NCBI GenBank assembly: GCA_030600585.1 | Contig: JAUVLU010000004.1 | Span: forward strand, 19,016-83,015 | From: Candidatus Cloacimonadota bacterium | GTDB lineage: Bacteria; Cloacimonadota; Cloacimonadia; Cloacimonadales; TCS61 | DNA: 64,000 nt | Direction: 5' to 3' | Part shown: positions 18,438 through 28,169 of the stretch, in pieces | How the letters are laid out: the number at the start of each line of letters is the position of its first letter | Numbering within the stretch: position 1 is the first letter of the stretch | Notes under the pieces: generated by a model | What the model was told of the DNA's origin: nothing | The model's input: the letters and a program-made list of their open reading frames with translations, nothing else | Databases searched by the model: none | Position numbers and translations under genes: made by a program

Positions 18438-18462
18438 AAATTATATTTTGCAATTAGATTAA

Positions 18463-18684
18463 GCTTATTGGGGGAGTAAATTTCACTACTATCAAACATT
18501 TCTTATTGAAGGAATGACCTGCAACCACTGTGTAGCAAATGTGAAAGATTCGCTTATTAAGATTGACGGTGTGAAGAATGTAAGAATAAATCTTGAAAAG
18601 AAAAACGCTGTTGTGGACGGAGATTATAATTCTGACGAAATAAAAGCAGCGATTGAAAAAGCAGGTTATAAAGTAGTTGAATAA
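18463..18684 (+). pseudogene. heavy-metal-associated (CopZ-like) domain ORF without a canonical start codon
   Basis: The open frame after TAA (18460-18462) reads AYWGSKFHYYQTFLIEGMTCNHCVANVKDSLIKIDGVKNVRINLEKKNAVVDGDYNSDEIKAAIEKAGYKVVE*. It is a complete HMA fold with the GMTCxxC site. The only ATG/GTG/TTG in frame is the Met inside GMTC (18514). Confidence 0.5.
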
Positions 18685-18815
18685 TAAAAATACTAACGGT
18701 CTAAATATGGTGTATTCTGCATTTTAACGCAATTTACTGTTTATTTAATTGATTGCTATTATCTTTATCTTTAATACTATCTGCTAAAGACCTTATGTTT
18801 TTTATTATACACAGA

Positions 18816-19850
18816 TTATCTTTTTAAAAATATTTTTTCTTCTGTATTAAAGTACCAATATTCTATTTCTATTGAAATAATATTTCTCAATCTTATCAAA
18901 TATTTAGATTCATAATCTTTTAAATCAGCAGGACCAATAACAATTAATTTATTTGTATTTATTTTATTATCAATCAAAGCATATTCTAAAATTTGTCCGA
19001 TTGCATCTCTAATATTTGTTAAACCTGAATTACTTGTTTTAACTTCATAAAAATTAAACTTGTTTTTTTTAATTCTTTCTAATAAGTCTATAATTTTTCC
19101 ATTAACAATAGATTTCTCTACTGATAAATTACTTTTATCATTTTTTCTGAGTAGATGTTTATATAAATAATCCAATATTTCAACGTGCAAACTTTTTACT
19201 TCTCTTTTCCCTTTCTTTCTGCTAATTGTATAAGAACTCTTATTCTTTGATTTTCCTGATAAAAACTTTAATTTTGGTTTTTCAAATATTTTTGTATTAG
19301 CAAATTTCTCTAATTCAGGTGTTAACTTATAAGGTTGATATCTTCTATATTTAGAATCTTCAATGGTAACGGGAATCGGTTCTTCAAAAATAATTGCATC
19401 TTTCCACTTAAATTTAAGGGTTGGTAATAAACCTGTTTTTAAAATTTCAGTGTGGACAGCATTTACATCTTTTAGTTCATCAATAGCTGTACAATGGTAT
19501 TTCTGATATAGTTTTTCAATTAAACGCTGTTCTCTTGTATCGTCCTTGATTCTTATTACACTTTTCAATATAGCAACAAGGAAATAATTATTCGATGGGT
19601 CTTTTGTATAAAGATACAATTCATCTATAATTCCAGTTTTTAAACTAGCTTTTTCAACGCCTCTTACATATCCAAATTGAAACCCTTTTAATCTATATCT
19701 TGGATTAAAAATCCACTCTTCATGTCCAAATCCATATTGATTTTCATACGGAACATTTTTATTTCCTTGATTTTCTTTTTTCCAGAAATGTCCACTTGGT
19801 TTTTCCCAATTGTATTCATTCCATGTTATTCTCATCTGCCTTTTATCCAT
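18816..19850 (-). CDS. hypothetical protein with C-terminal PD-(D/E)xK-like nuclease motif
   Basis: 344 aa. C-terminal HVEILDYLYKHL...VEKS...GKIIDLLERIKKNKFNFYEVKTS...IRDAIGQILEYA fits an E...D...ExK restriction-endonuclease-like core. The N-terminal domain (ITWNEYNWEKPSG...YGFGHEEWIFN) is not identified. Confidence 0.55.
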   Translation of the reverse strand: MDKRQMRITWNEYNWEKPSGHFWKKENQGNKNVPYENQYGFGHEEWIFNPRYRLKGFQFGYVRGVEKASLKTGIIDELYLYTKDPSNNYFLVAILKSVIRIKDDTREQRLIEKLYQKYHCTAIDELKDVNAVHTEILKTGLLPTLKFKWKDAIIFEEPIPVTIEDSKYRRYQPYKLTPELEKFANTKIFEKPKLKFLSGKSKNKSSYTISRKKGKREVKSLHVEILDYLYKHLLRKNDKSNLSVEKSIVNGKIIDLLERIKKNKFNFYEVKTSNSGLTNIRDAIGQILEYALIDNKINTNKLIVIGPADLKDYESKYLIRLRNIISIEIEYWYFNTEEKIFLKR

Positions 19851-19951
19851 GATTTCCTCTCTTATGACTACTTAATAAACGGTATATGTCGTTTAGTATG
19901 TCAATACTCCTTACAAAATCTTATTTTGAATATTAAATATCATTTTAATAA

Positions 19952-20347
19952 TTATCCCACAAACCATAAATCAAACTTTTCTGTTTCCCGAATTAGTTTG
20001 AAATGTTTATCTTTAGTTATTAAAGTTAATTTATTATCTACGGTATGGTAGAATATCAATAGATCGGTGAGAGGAATTGTAATCCCTTTTCTTAAAAAGT
20101 TATTTCCATAATTTGAAAGTCTTTTGAAATCATCTAAATCGAAAGGTAAATAGATAAAACCGTCGAAATTATTCTGAATAAAATTTCTCTCTTTAATGTT
20201 TTTTGTTCCAATCAAAAGTTCAGATAATATAATTCCGTTATAATATATTTCATCATTTTCAATGTAACCGATAATTTGATTCTTTAGCGAGTCACTCAAT
20301 TTTCCATTGAAAAAGTCGATCCAAACGGAAGTATCAATTAGATACAT
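19952..20347 (-). CDS. vapC: type II toxin-antitoxin PIN-domain toxin
   Basis: 131 aa. MYLIDTSVWIDFFNG N-terminus (PIN acidic residue context). Stop/start overlap with the upstream antitoxin. Confidence 0.8.
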   Translation of the reverse strand: MYLIDTSVWIDFFNGKLSDSLKNQIIGYIENDEIYYNGIILSELLIGTKNIKERNFIQNNFDGFIYLPFDLDDFKRLSNYGNNFLRKGITIPLTDLLIFYHTVDNKLTLITKDKHFKLIRETEKFDLWFVG

Positions 20348-20538
20348 TATTCATCTCTCATTTTCAGAACATTTTCATCTATTTCGATCTTACCAAACTT
20401 ATCGGCTATCATATTTCTTTTCAGTTTTCGCAGATATTCTTCCAAAGCTAAATGAATGATCTTGGTCTTGTTATGAATTCCTGTTGTTAATATAAGCTTA
20501 TCTATTAGTTCATTTGATAAATTTAATGTCGTTCTCAT
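20347..20538 (-). CDS. vapB: VapB-family antitoxin (DUF2191-like)
   Basis: MRTTLNLSNELIDKLILTTGIHNKTKIIHLALEEYLRKL is the typical short ribbon-type VapB. ATG 20538 lies 6 nt after GGAGGTG. The track start 20547 is the GTG inside that ribosome-binding site. Confidence 0.7.
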   Translation of the reverse strand: MRTTLNLSNELIDKLILTTGIHNKTKIIHLALEEYLRKLKRNMIADKFGKIEIDENVLKMRDE

Positions 20539-20997
20539 TATATGCACCTCCTATGCATACATTTTCAAAAAAGGAATATTTTGGTCAATGAATTTGTGTA
20601 ATAAAGATTTAGCAAAATCATGAAATCTCTTGTATTAAGTTAATTATTGATAGATTAATTTACAACAATATATCAATCAAATAAAACAATTGTTGCCAAT
20701 TTGAACAGTAACTCCAAAATCTGTTTCAATTGTTGCAAATCAAGTCTTTCAATGGCATCTTGTGTTCCCTCTCTTTATTTTAAGAGAGGAACACGCCTTT
20801 GCCATCTTCGGTGGTGCAGGCAGCAGGTTTACCCCGTGAAATTCAACTTGCTGAATATTTTAACGGGGGTGAGTTAGTTTCTTTCAACGGCATCTTATGT
20901 TTCCTTTTACTAAAAGGGAATAGCAGGGATTCTAAAATAAAAATCATTGCCAAATTCTCTGCATAGAAAAAAGATCATCATTGAAAGAGGTGTAACA

Positions 20998-23286
20998 ATG
21001 AAATACTGGTTTTCAATTCTAACTATATTGTTACTTGTGTTTTCTGCAATTGAGTTAAAGGCAGAAATTCCGAATTATGATGAAATGATTGAGAAGTTAG
21101 AAAGTTCCAAAGATGATTCTCTGAAATATGAAAATATAAAAGGAGCGTTATGCTTTTATCATCCTGAATCCGAAAAAGTTTTTGAATTTGCCAATGAAGA
21201 ATTTTATGAAAAAATGTATCCAATCTGGCAGAATGATTCGCTCAAAGTGATTGAAATAAATAAATTATTGGAGAAATATCCCAAAACGAACTGGCGTAGA
21301 TTGATGTATCAATATCTCACATATTCACTGCATAATCTAAACCGAAAAATTCCCTTAATACTTGTGATCGATGCGTTTAGAGAAGCATTTCCAAATGATT
21401 ACAAACCATATTCTCAATCTGCGAGATACTATAATAAATTAGATAATTCTCCGGATGAGGCACTTGAATTTGCAATAAAAGCGCACGCAATGTCATTTGA
21501 TTATCCAAAAGTAGAATTCTTTCCCGAAGAAGAATGGATGCTGGAAAAACGTTCGGCTCCCGTGAAAACTGCTGCCCTTCTGGCAGAAATATATTTCAAA
21601 CAAGACAAATATAAAGAAGCTGAAGATATGCTGAATAAAATTATCAGCAACAATGATCTGGGAATGGATGATGAAACTACATTATGCGGCTGCTGCTACT
21701 GGCTGGCAAAAATCCATAAAGAATTAGGCAATAGGGAAGATGCTGTTCAGTCAGCAATAAAGGCACTCGTTGCAGGTGATTCACGGAATTATTACACTTC
21801 CAAAGCCGATTCATTATTACGTAGAGTGATCGCTTATAATGATCTTTCCGAAGCTGAATATCCCGATTTTATTCGTAAGCAAGTTGGATATGATAAAGTT
21901 GTTTTCTCTGATGTTACAGAACAGGTTGGAATGAAGAATGTTTCAGCCGGTCGCATTGCCTGGGGAGATTATAATAATGATGGATTTCAGGATATTTTAC
22001 TCAATGGAATGCGTCTTTTCAGGAATATGAACGGAACACAATTTGTGGAAATCACGCAAGCTGCTTTCCCTGATACAATCCGCGGCGGAGGCGGTTTGTG
22101 GGGTGATTTTGATAACGATGGATTTTTGGATATTATCACGAAAGACCCTGAATTTATTTGGCTGAACGATCAAGGAACTTTTCATAAAGTAAATGGAACA
22201 AATTCGATTTGTGATAATCAGGTTTCTACGGAAGGAATTGGAATCGGCGATGTTGATAAAGATGGATTTTTAGATATTTATTTTGCCAATTATGAGGTCT
22301 GGAAGCAGACGCATTCCGAACCTGAAGAAGATCAGTTTTTTCGTGGAATTGGAGATGGAAGATTTCTGGATATTACCGAAAGTGCAGGGCTGCTTCCTAT
22401 AGACGGAAAAAAACGTGCCGGACGCGGCGTGAATATGTGTGATTTTGATCTGGATGGAGACCTCGATATTTTTGTTTCCAACTACCGTTTGCAGGATAAT
22501 TTTTTATGGCAGAATGATGGAACCGGACATTTTGAGAACAAAGCTTTAGAGCTTGGAATAGCGGGAGATGAAGTTGAAGGCTGGTGGGGTCACACGATCG
22601 GCAGTGAATGGGCAGACATCGATAACGATGGTGATTTCGATCTCATCACCTGTAATCTGGCACATCCAAGATACATCGATTTTTCCAACAAAACAAGATT
22701 ATATATTAATGAGAACGGGAAATTCATAGATCGCAGAAAAGAAGCAGGGATCAAATTTGAGGAAACTCATTCCGAACCGTGTTGGGCAGATTTTAATAAT
22801 GATGGCTTTCTCGATTTGTATATAACCAGCATCTATGAAGGACGCCGCTCTTTCTTATATTTAAGTAATGGAGATGGAACATTTAAGGAAACCACATTTT
22901 TGGCAGGAGTCAGGCATTTCAACGGTTGGGGTGCAGCCTGCGCAGATTATGATAATGACGGCGATTTGGATTTGCTCGTTGCAGGCGGGAAGATCCAGTT
23001 ATTCCAAAATGAAACAAATATGAAAAACAACTGGTTGGAAGTGCGAGTTATCGGCAAAAACCATATCGATGCAATCGGAACAAAGTTGATACTTTCTAAT
23101 GATGAAATTTCGCTCATGCGTGAAATTCAGGGTGGGAAGGGAACTACAAATCAGCATTCATTTGTTCAGCATTTTGGTTTAGGAAATTTGCAGCCTCCTT
23201 TTGAATTGGAAGCAATTTTCCCCGATGGAACAAAAAAGATATTGATAATAAATGAGATAAATAAAATTGTGATTGTGGATGAATAA
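20998..23286 (+). CDS. CRTAC1-family protein (TPR region, FG-GAP/VCBS repeats, ASPIC/UnbV C-terminal domain)
   Basis: Signal-like start MKYWFSILTILLLVFSA at ATG 20998. Repeated DxDxDGxxD calcium-type loops (WGDYNNDGFQDIL, GDFDNDGFLDII, DVDKDGFLDIY, DFDLDGDLDIF, DIDNDGDFDLI, DFNNDGFLDLY, DYDNDGDLDLL). The C-terminal NNWLEVRVIGK...AIGTKL...REIQGG...HFGLG is the UnbV/ASPIC pattern. Confidence 0.75.
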   Translation: MKYWFSILTILLLVFSAIELKAEIPNYDEMIEKLESSKDDSLKYENIKGALCFYHPESEKVFEFANEEFYEKMYPIWQNDSLKVIEINKLLEKYPKTNWRRLMYQYLTYSLHNLNRKIPLILVIDAFREAFPNDYKPYSQSARYYNKLDNSPDEALEFAIKAHAMSFDYPKVEFFPEEEWMLEKRSAPVKTAALLAEIYFKQDKYKEAEDMLNKIISNNDLGMDDETTLCGCCYWLAKIHKELGNREDAVQSAIKALVAGDSRNYYTSKADSLLRRVIAYNDLSEAEYPDFIRKQVGYDKVVFSDVTEQVGMKNVSAGRIAWGDYNNDGFQDILLNGMRLFRNMNGTQFVEITQAAFPDTIRGGGGLWGDFDNDGFLDIITKDPEFIWLNDQGTFHKVNGTNSICDNQVSTEGIGIGDVDKDGFLDIYFANYEVWKQTHSEPEEDQFFRGIGDGRFLDITESAGLLPIDGKKRAGRGVNMCDFDLDGDLDIFVSNYRLQDNFLWQNDGTGHFENKALELGIAGDEVEGWWGHTIGSEWADIDNDGDFDLITCNLAHPRYIDFSNKTRLYINENGKFIDRRKEAGIKFEETHSEPCWADFNNDGFLDLYITSIYEGRRSFLYLSNGDGTFKETTFLAGVRHFNGWGAACADYDNDGDLDLLVAGGKIQLFQNETNMKNNWLEVRVIGKNHIDAIGTKLILSNDEISLMREIQGGKGTTNQHSFVQHFGLGNLQPPFELEAIFPDGTKKILIINEINKIVIVDE

Positions 23287-23289
23287 GGT

Positions 23290-23520
23290 GTTTTTGTAAT
23301 TTTGAAAATGGTTGTCTTTCTGCTTGCCAAGTGTTTTCGTCAGATCGTCCCGATCTGAGAAGGTTTGAATGATGTACATTGAGACGATGTACAAAAAACA
23401 AGTGGACTCCTCGGGACGAGAAGTCCAACCACGACATTGTAAGAACAGTCACTCTTGACTGTTTATACACGTTCAGGATTTATCAGCCGGTCTTCTTGGC
23501 TGAGTGAACGTGCTACATAA
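23290..23520. repeat. cluster of dispersed palindromic repeats
   Basis: Contains gttgtctttctg and small hairpins. The 23468-23512 element (cacgttcaggatttatcagccggtcttcttggctgagtgaacgtg) is repeated in inverted orientation at 44230-44274. Confidence 0.7.
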
Positions 23521-23529
23521 GGAGAAATT

Positions 23530-24354
23530 ATGAAGTATAAATTATTATTATTAGTACTTTTGGTTGCAATATCAACGCAGTTATTTTCATGGGGAGCTTT
23601 GGGTCATGAAGTTATTACACGTCTGGCAATTGAAGGTCTTCCTGATGAGATGAGTTTCATAAAAGAGAACTGCGAATATTTATGTGATCATTCTACAGAT
23701 GCTGATAAAAGAAAGAGTGAAGACCCAACGGAAAAGAATAAGCACTACTTAGATATTGATTATTATAAAGAATTTAATGTTGGTGATATGATAACGGATA
23801 AAACTGAATTGATCGAGATATATGGAGAAAATATTGTAGATAAAATGGGTATTTTACCCTGGAACACAATTGAAGTTCTAAATAACCTGACTGTTGCCAT
23901 GAAAGAGAATAATAAAATTGATATTCTTTTCTTTGCTGCTGATCTGGCTCATTATGTTGGTGATGCACATCAGCCTCAACATTTGATACTAAATTATGAT
24001 GGAGCACGAACAGGGCAGAGAGGAATTCACGGAAGATATGAGATCAATATTATCAATGCTAATATTGAAGAGCTGCAAGAGAATATTTCTCCGATAGAAA
24101 TTACTTATGTTAAAGAACCTCTTCAGTTTATGTTTGATTATTGCGCACAGTCAAACAGTTTTGCCGGTCTTATAGAACTGGCTGATCTTCATTCATTAAA
24201 ATACAGTGATAATGAGTATAACGAAAAATACTTCAAGATATTCTGGTTCAGAACAAAATATATGACGTTCCATCAATTTTCAAATGCGGCGGAAGACCTT
24301 GCATCAATGTATTATACCGCATGGATCAATGCGGGTAAACCTGAAATAAAATAA
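23530..24354 (+). CDS. S1/P1-type zinc nuclease family protein
   Basis: 274 aa. The signal peptide is followed directly by WGALGHEVITRLAIEGL. NKHYLDID and LAHYVGDAHQPQH are the S1/P1 (zinc phospholipase C-like) metal-ligand motifs. Confidence 0.7.
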   Translation: MKYKLLLLVLLVAISTQLFSWGALGHEVITRLAIEGLPDEMSFIKENCEYLCDHSTDADKRKSEDPTEKNKHYLDIDYYKEFNVGDMITDKTELIEIYGENIVDKMGILPWNTIEVLNNLTVAMKENNKIDILFFAADLAHYVGDAHQPQHLILNYDGARTGQRGIHGRYEINIINANIEELQENISPIEITYVKEPLQFMFDYCAQSNSFAGLIELADLHSLKYSDNEYNEKYFKIFWFRTKYMTFHQFSNAAEDLASMYYTAWINAGKPEIK

Positions 24355-24410
24355 GAAAAAGGCGATCATCTGACCGCCTGATTCTATTGATAAATTTTAC
24401 TCTGAGCTTG

Positions 24411-24492
24411 TGTCATCCTGAGCTTGTCGAAGGACGAAGGATAAATACTTCATTACTCTGACATTCATGGTTCGTCTCCGCTCACCATGACA
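24411..24492. repeat. MITE-like palindromic repeat
   Basis: Terminal inverted repeats tgtcatcctgag (24411-24422) / ctcaccatgaca (24481-24492). Interior cttgtcgaaggacgaaggat. Same family as 13600-13690, 3068 and 44443. Confidence 0.7.
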
Positions 24493-24497
24493 GGATT

Positions 24498-25289
24498 TTA
24501 AAAAGAGCCAAGAACTGTTGTTGCGTTCTTACCTTTTGCAATTATCTTACTTTTCCACAGGACTTCACCCTGATCGACTATCTGGTATTGGGCAACACCG
24601 CCGGGTACTTCTTTGGTGATCCACCATTCTACTTTTCCCTGTCCGTAAACAGCAAGGAAGACAACATGATCACAATTAAAGACACCTGCATTTGTTTTTA
24701 TACTTGATTTTCCTACAGTTGCTCCTTCGATGCTTTCATTCGTAACATCTTGAGGTGGGAAGTATATCTGCTGTCCGGCTACCGGAATTTCTCCCTGGTT
24801 TCCGTCTGCATCTTTTGCCCGAAGTCTTAGCAGTGAACCATCCGGTGAGATCAGTGTCTCATATATCCAGCTATCTTCGCCATCCATCCAGGAAATTCTC
24901 CACCAGTGATTTCCTTTTTCGTCCACTTTCATGTAAGCACGTTCCATTTCAATAGTATTATCACTATCTGTAATGATCTCGAATTTTGTCCATTCACCGG
25001 GTGCATAATCAACTTGACCAAGCCATAAACCTCCGGCTGAGAACGCATAAGTAAATACGATCTGAGCCTGCATTGCCATGAAATTTCCCCAGTTTGCAGA
25101 ACGAGGCGGTGGAAGCTTCTCTTTAGGTGCAGTACGTCTGTATGCTTCATTTTCGGCATGTTCACCTACAGCTTTTCCAATACCGCGGCTAATACCTCTG
25201 GAAATAGGATCGTAACCACCGATGCAGCCTGTTGTAATAATAATAATGAACGAAATTAAAACATAAAAAAATGATCTGTTTTTTTTCAT
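24498..25289 (-). CDS. hypothetical lipoprotein
   Basis: I prefer ATG 25289 (MKKNRSFFYVLISFIIIITTGC, lipobox) over the track start 25343. No family recognised. Confidence 0.6.
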   Translation of the reverse strand: MKKNRSFFYVLISFIIIITTGCIGGYDPISRGISRGIGKAVGEHAENEAYRRTAPKEKLPPPRSANWGNFMAMQAQIVFTYAFSAGGLWLGQVDYAPGEWTKFEIITDSDNTIEMERAYMKVDEKGNHWWRISWMDGEDSWIYETLISPDGSLLRLRAKDADGNQGEIPVAGQQIYFPPQDVTNESIEGATVGKSSIKTNAGVFNCDHVVFLAVYGQGKVEWWITKEVPGGVAQYQIVDQGEVLWKSKIIAKGKNATTVLGSF

Positions 25290-25391
25290 AAATCCTCCCT
25301 TTATTAAGATATTCATATTACTGGTCAATTCGATATATTGCAATGAGTTCTGTCAATGAATTTGGTAAATTTAGTTTCTGAATAATGCTAT

Positions 25392-26672
25392 TTAAAAAAT
25401 CGATGCTTTCTCTTTTATAACTTCTGAGATAGTATAAAGTGAACCTGAGATCATCACAATATCATTTGCATCGGCGTCTAACATTGCTTTCTTAACAGCA
25501 GTAATAACATCTTCATAAACTTCAAAAGGTTGGTTATAAAGTTTCACAAATTTTACCTGATCTTCAATTTCCGCAGCTCGATTCGATTTATTTTTAGAAA
25601 TATAAACTTTATGACTGATACTGCAAATATCTTTGATGATAGTCTCTAAATTCTTATCACGCAAAATAGCCAGAACGAAATATATTTTTTTATTTGGAAA
25701 TATCTCGATCAGATTATTCTTCAGTGATTTTATGCCTTCTTCATTATGAGCACCATCGATAATAACAGTTGGATGAGAGGATATTATCTGCATTCTCCCC
25801 TGCCAGTTAACTTTAGATAATGCGTCATATATTTTTTGTTTATCAAGTTTTCTGCCGGTTCTTTGCAGGAACGTAATGAATGCTGTGATCGCAGTTGCTG
25901 CATTATATGCCTGATGTTTTCCCAATAGATTAACTGTAATGTTTTTCATAGAAAATTGAGGTGAATGATAATCAAATGAAGTTCCCAATTCATTAATTTT
26001 GATATTAGAAATTGAAAAATCTTTTCCATATTCGAAAACCGGAGCAGACAACTCCTCAGCTCTTTTTCTTATCACTTTTGCTGCTTGTTCAGTAATTTTT
26101 CCAAGAATAACAGGCGTATTTTCTTTGATAATACCGGCTTTTTCATAAGCAATTTTTTCTATAGAATCACCAAGGCTTTTCGTATGATCATATGATATTG
26201 TTGTGATTATCGTGACTGTGGAAGCAAACGGGTTTGTGCCATCCAGTCTTCCACCTAATCCGACCTCAAATATTGCGTTATCAACATTGTTTGAGTGGAA
26301 AATATCAAATGCCATTGCTGTTGTTATTTCAAAGAATGAAGCTTCATTTTCTTCCAGAACAGATTCCCACTTTTTATAGGTTGAAATTAGTTCATTCAAT
26401 TCAATATTATTCCCATTTAATCTAATTCGTTCGCGATAATCAACCAAATGTGGAGAAGTATTTAATCCTGTTTTCATGCCGTATTGCATTGATAAAGCTT
26501 CACACATTGCGGCAGTAGAACCTTTGCCGTTAGTTCCGGCTATATGGATTCCTTTTAATTTTTCGTTCGGTAAATCCATTGATTTAAGAATATTGTGTAT
26601 TCTGTCCAATCCGAGTTTCACATTGCCGGAGTGTCGCTTATAAATATAGTCTAAAAATTCCTGGTATTTCAT
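25392..26672 (-). CDS. folC: bifunctional folylpolyglutamate synthase / dihydrofolate synthase
   Basis: 426 aa. P-loop HIAGTNGKGST and Mur-ligase family layout. Confidence 0.85.
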   Translation of the reverse strand: MKYQEFLDYIYKRHSGNVKLGLDRIHNILKSMDLPNEKLKGIHIAGTNGKGSTAAMCEALSMQYGMKTGLNTSPHLVDYRERIRLNGNNIELNELISTYKKWESVLEENEASFFEITTAMAFDIFHSNNVDNAIFEVGLGGRLDGTNPFASTVTIITTISYDHTKSLGDSIEKIAYEKAGIIKENTPVILGKITEQAAKVIRKRAEELSAPVFEYGKDFSISNIKINELGTSFDYHSPQFSMKNITVNLLGKHQAYNAATAITAFITFLQRTGRKLDKQKIYDALSKVNWQGRMQIISSHPTVIIDGAHNEEGIKSLKNNLIEIFPNKKIYFVLAILRDKNLETIIKDICSISHKVYISKNKSNRAAEIEDQVKFVKLYNQPFEVYEDVITAVKKAMLDADANDIVMISGSLYTISEVIKEKASIF

Positions 26673-26682
26673 TATTTTTCCA

Positions 26683-26712
26683 TAAAAAAACCTTCAAGGA
26701 GTCTTGAAGGTT
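26683..26712 (-). terminator. Rho-independent terminator after the 26734-27099 gene
   Basis: Perfect stem accttcaag/cttgaaggt with a 4-nt loop. It is followed on the minus strand by a run of 7 T (A-run 26684-26690 on the plus strand). Confidence 0.65.
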
Positions 26713-26733
26713 TTATTTGTTCAGTTTAATATC

Positions 26734-27099
26734 TTATTCTATAAGGCTTTCTGGAAGTATATGATCTGCGAATTTATCATGGTTAGGGCATGTAACAATG
26801 ATCTCTCCAGTTTCATAATTTCCATACATGAAGTACTTATCGCCAACACCATTTTCCGGACATTCGTATGTTGTTTTAAGATAATTCATTCTCTTTAAAT
26901 CAAGAGCTGTACCTTCAAAATTTTCTTCTCGTTCATTCATGTATGACTGAATAGCTTTATATATAGTAGTCATATTCTTTATACATTCTTCTGTTTTCTG
27001 TTTTTTATCCACATTATAGATTTGAGGTAAGATCAATATGAAGAATAGAACCACTAATGCAACTAAACTAATTATTTTATAAATATTAAGCTTTTTCAT
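26734..27099 (-). CDS. small membrane-anchored hypothetical protein
   Basis: I prefer ATG 27099 (MKKLNIYKIISLVALVVLFFILILPQIY) over the track start. One N-terminal TM helix and four Cys in the soluble part. Confidence 0.5.
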   Translation of the reverse strand: MKKLNIYKIISLVALVVLFFILILPQIYNVDKKQKTEECIKNMTTIYKAIQSYMNEREENFEGTALDLKRMNYLKTTYECPENGVGDKYFMYGNYETGEIIVTCPNHDKFADHILPESLIE

Positions 27100-27242
27100 T
27101 CTTACTCCTTTAATTTTTTTTCGATAACACCGTTTTGGTGAAATATTCGTCAAGCTTTTTGTTTGAAGAAAAATGCAAGTTGATTCTACTTGACTGTTTA
27201 TTTGCTTTCTTTATAAAGTCTAATAAAAAATTGGAGGATATT

Positions 27243-28169
27243 ATGGCGAAGAGAGTTCTTATAGCAACAGCAAAACCATTTGCTTCTCAAGCAGTTGAGG
27301 AGATTAAAAATATTTGTGAAGAGAAAGGTTATGAATTTATTTTGAAAGAAAAGTATGCAGAACAGAGTGATCTTGTAAATGCAGTTAAGGATGTAGATGC
27401 TTTGATAGTAAGAAGTGATAAGGTTACAAGCGAAGTTATTGGGAATGCTGATGATCTTAAGGTTGTGGTTCGTGCCGGTGCCGGATATGATAATCTCGAT
27501 TGTGAAGCAGCTTCCCAAAAAGGTATTATTTGTATGAATACTCCCGGACAGAATTCTAACGCAGTTGCAGAGCTTGCTTTTGGTATGATGATTTATATGG
27601 CTCGTGGTAAGTTCAATGGTAAATCGGGAACCGAGCTTAAAGGTAAAACTGTTGGTATTCACGCTTATGGCAATGTAGGATTGAATGTGGCGAGAATTGC
27701 CAAAGGTTTTGATATGCAGGTAATTGCGTTTGATCCTTATGTAGATAATGCAATAATGGAAGCTGATGGTGTTAAACCGGTTGATTCAGTTGAAGAATTA
27801 TACAGCCAAAGTGATTATTTATCAATTCATATTCCTTCTATTCCTGCTACACAAAGATTCGTTAACTATAAACTGATCAAACAAATGAAAAAAGGTTCTG
27901 TCATTATTAATACTGCCAGAAAAGAAGTGGTTTGTGAAGATGGAATTATGAAAATATTTGCCGAAAGAGAAGACTTAAAATATGCATCTGATATTGCACC
28001 GATTAGAGCAAATGAAATGATTGAAAAATTTGAAGATCGGGTTTTCTTTACTCCAAAGAAAATGGGTGCTCAAACATTGAAAGCAAATATAAACGCCGGT
28101 GTAGCAGCAATTAAACAGATAATTGCTTATTTCGAAAATGGTGATACAACTTTTCAAGTTAATAAATAA
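27243..28169 (+). CDS. D-isomer-specific 2-hydroxyacid dehydrogenase, 3-phosphoglycerate dehydrogenase-like (no ACT domain)
   Basis: ATG 27243 follows GGAGGA. NAD motif GIHAYGNVGLNVAR and the VVVRAGAGYDNLD and HIPS contexts are typical of the SerA/2-HADH family. Confidence 0.7.
   Translation: MAKRVLIATAKPFASQAVEEIKNICEEKGYEFILKEKYAEQSDLVNAVKDVDALIVRSDKVTSEVIGNADDLKVVVRAGAGYDNLDCEAASQKGIICMNTPGQNSNAVAELAFGMMIYMARGKFNGKSGTELKGKTVGIHAYGNVGLNVARIAKGFDMQVIAFDPYVDNAIMEADGVKPVDSVEELYSQSDYLSIHIPSIPATQRFVNYKLIKQMKKGSVIINTARKEVVCEDGIMKIFAEREDLKYASDIAPIRANEMIEKFEDRVFFTPKKMGAQTLKANINAGVAAIKQIIAYFENGDTTFQVNK

Noticed and set aside
20700-20940. tRNA, tmRNA or other known ncRNA gene in the structured spacer
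   Set aside because: I could not build a cloverleaf or any recognisable conserved-RNA motif (no T-loop GTTCRA, no tag-ORF). It is kept only as a low-interest structured region.
24355-24385. Terminator after the S1/P1 nuclease gene (aggcg...cgcct)
   Set aside because: The stem is only 5 bp with a 10-nt loop and no T-tract. The adjacent MITE-like hairpin is a more likely transcription stop, if there is one.
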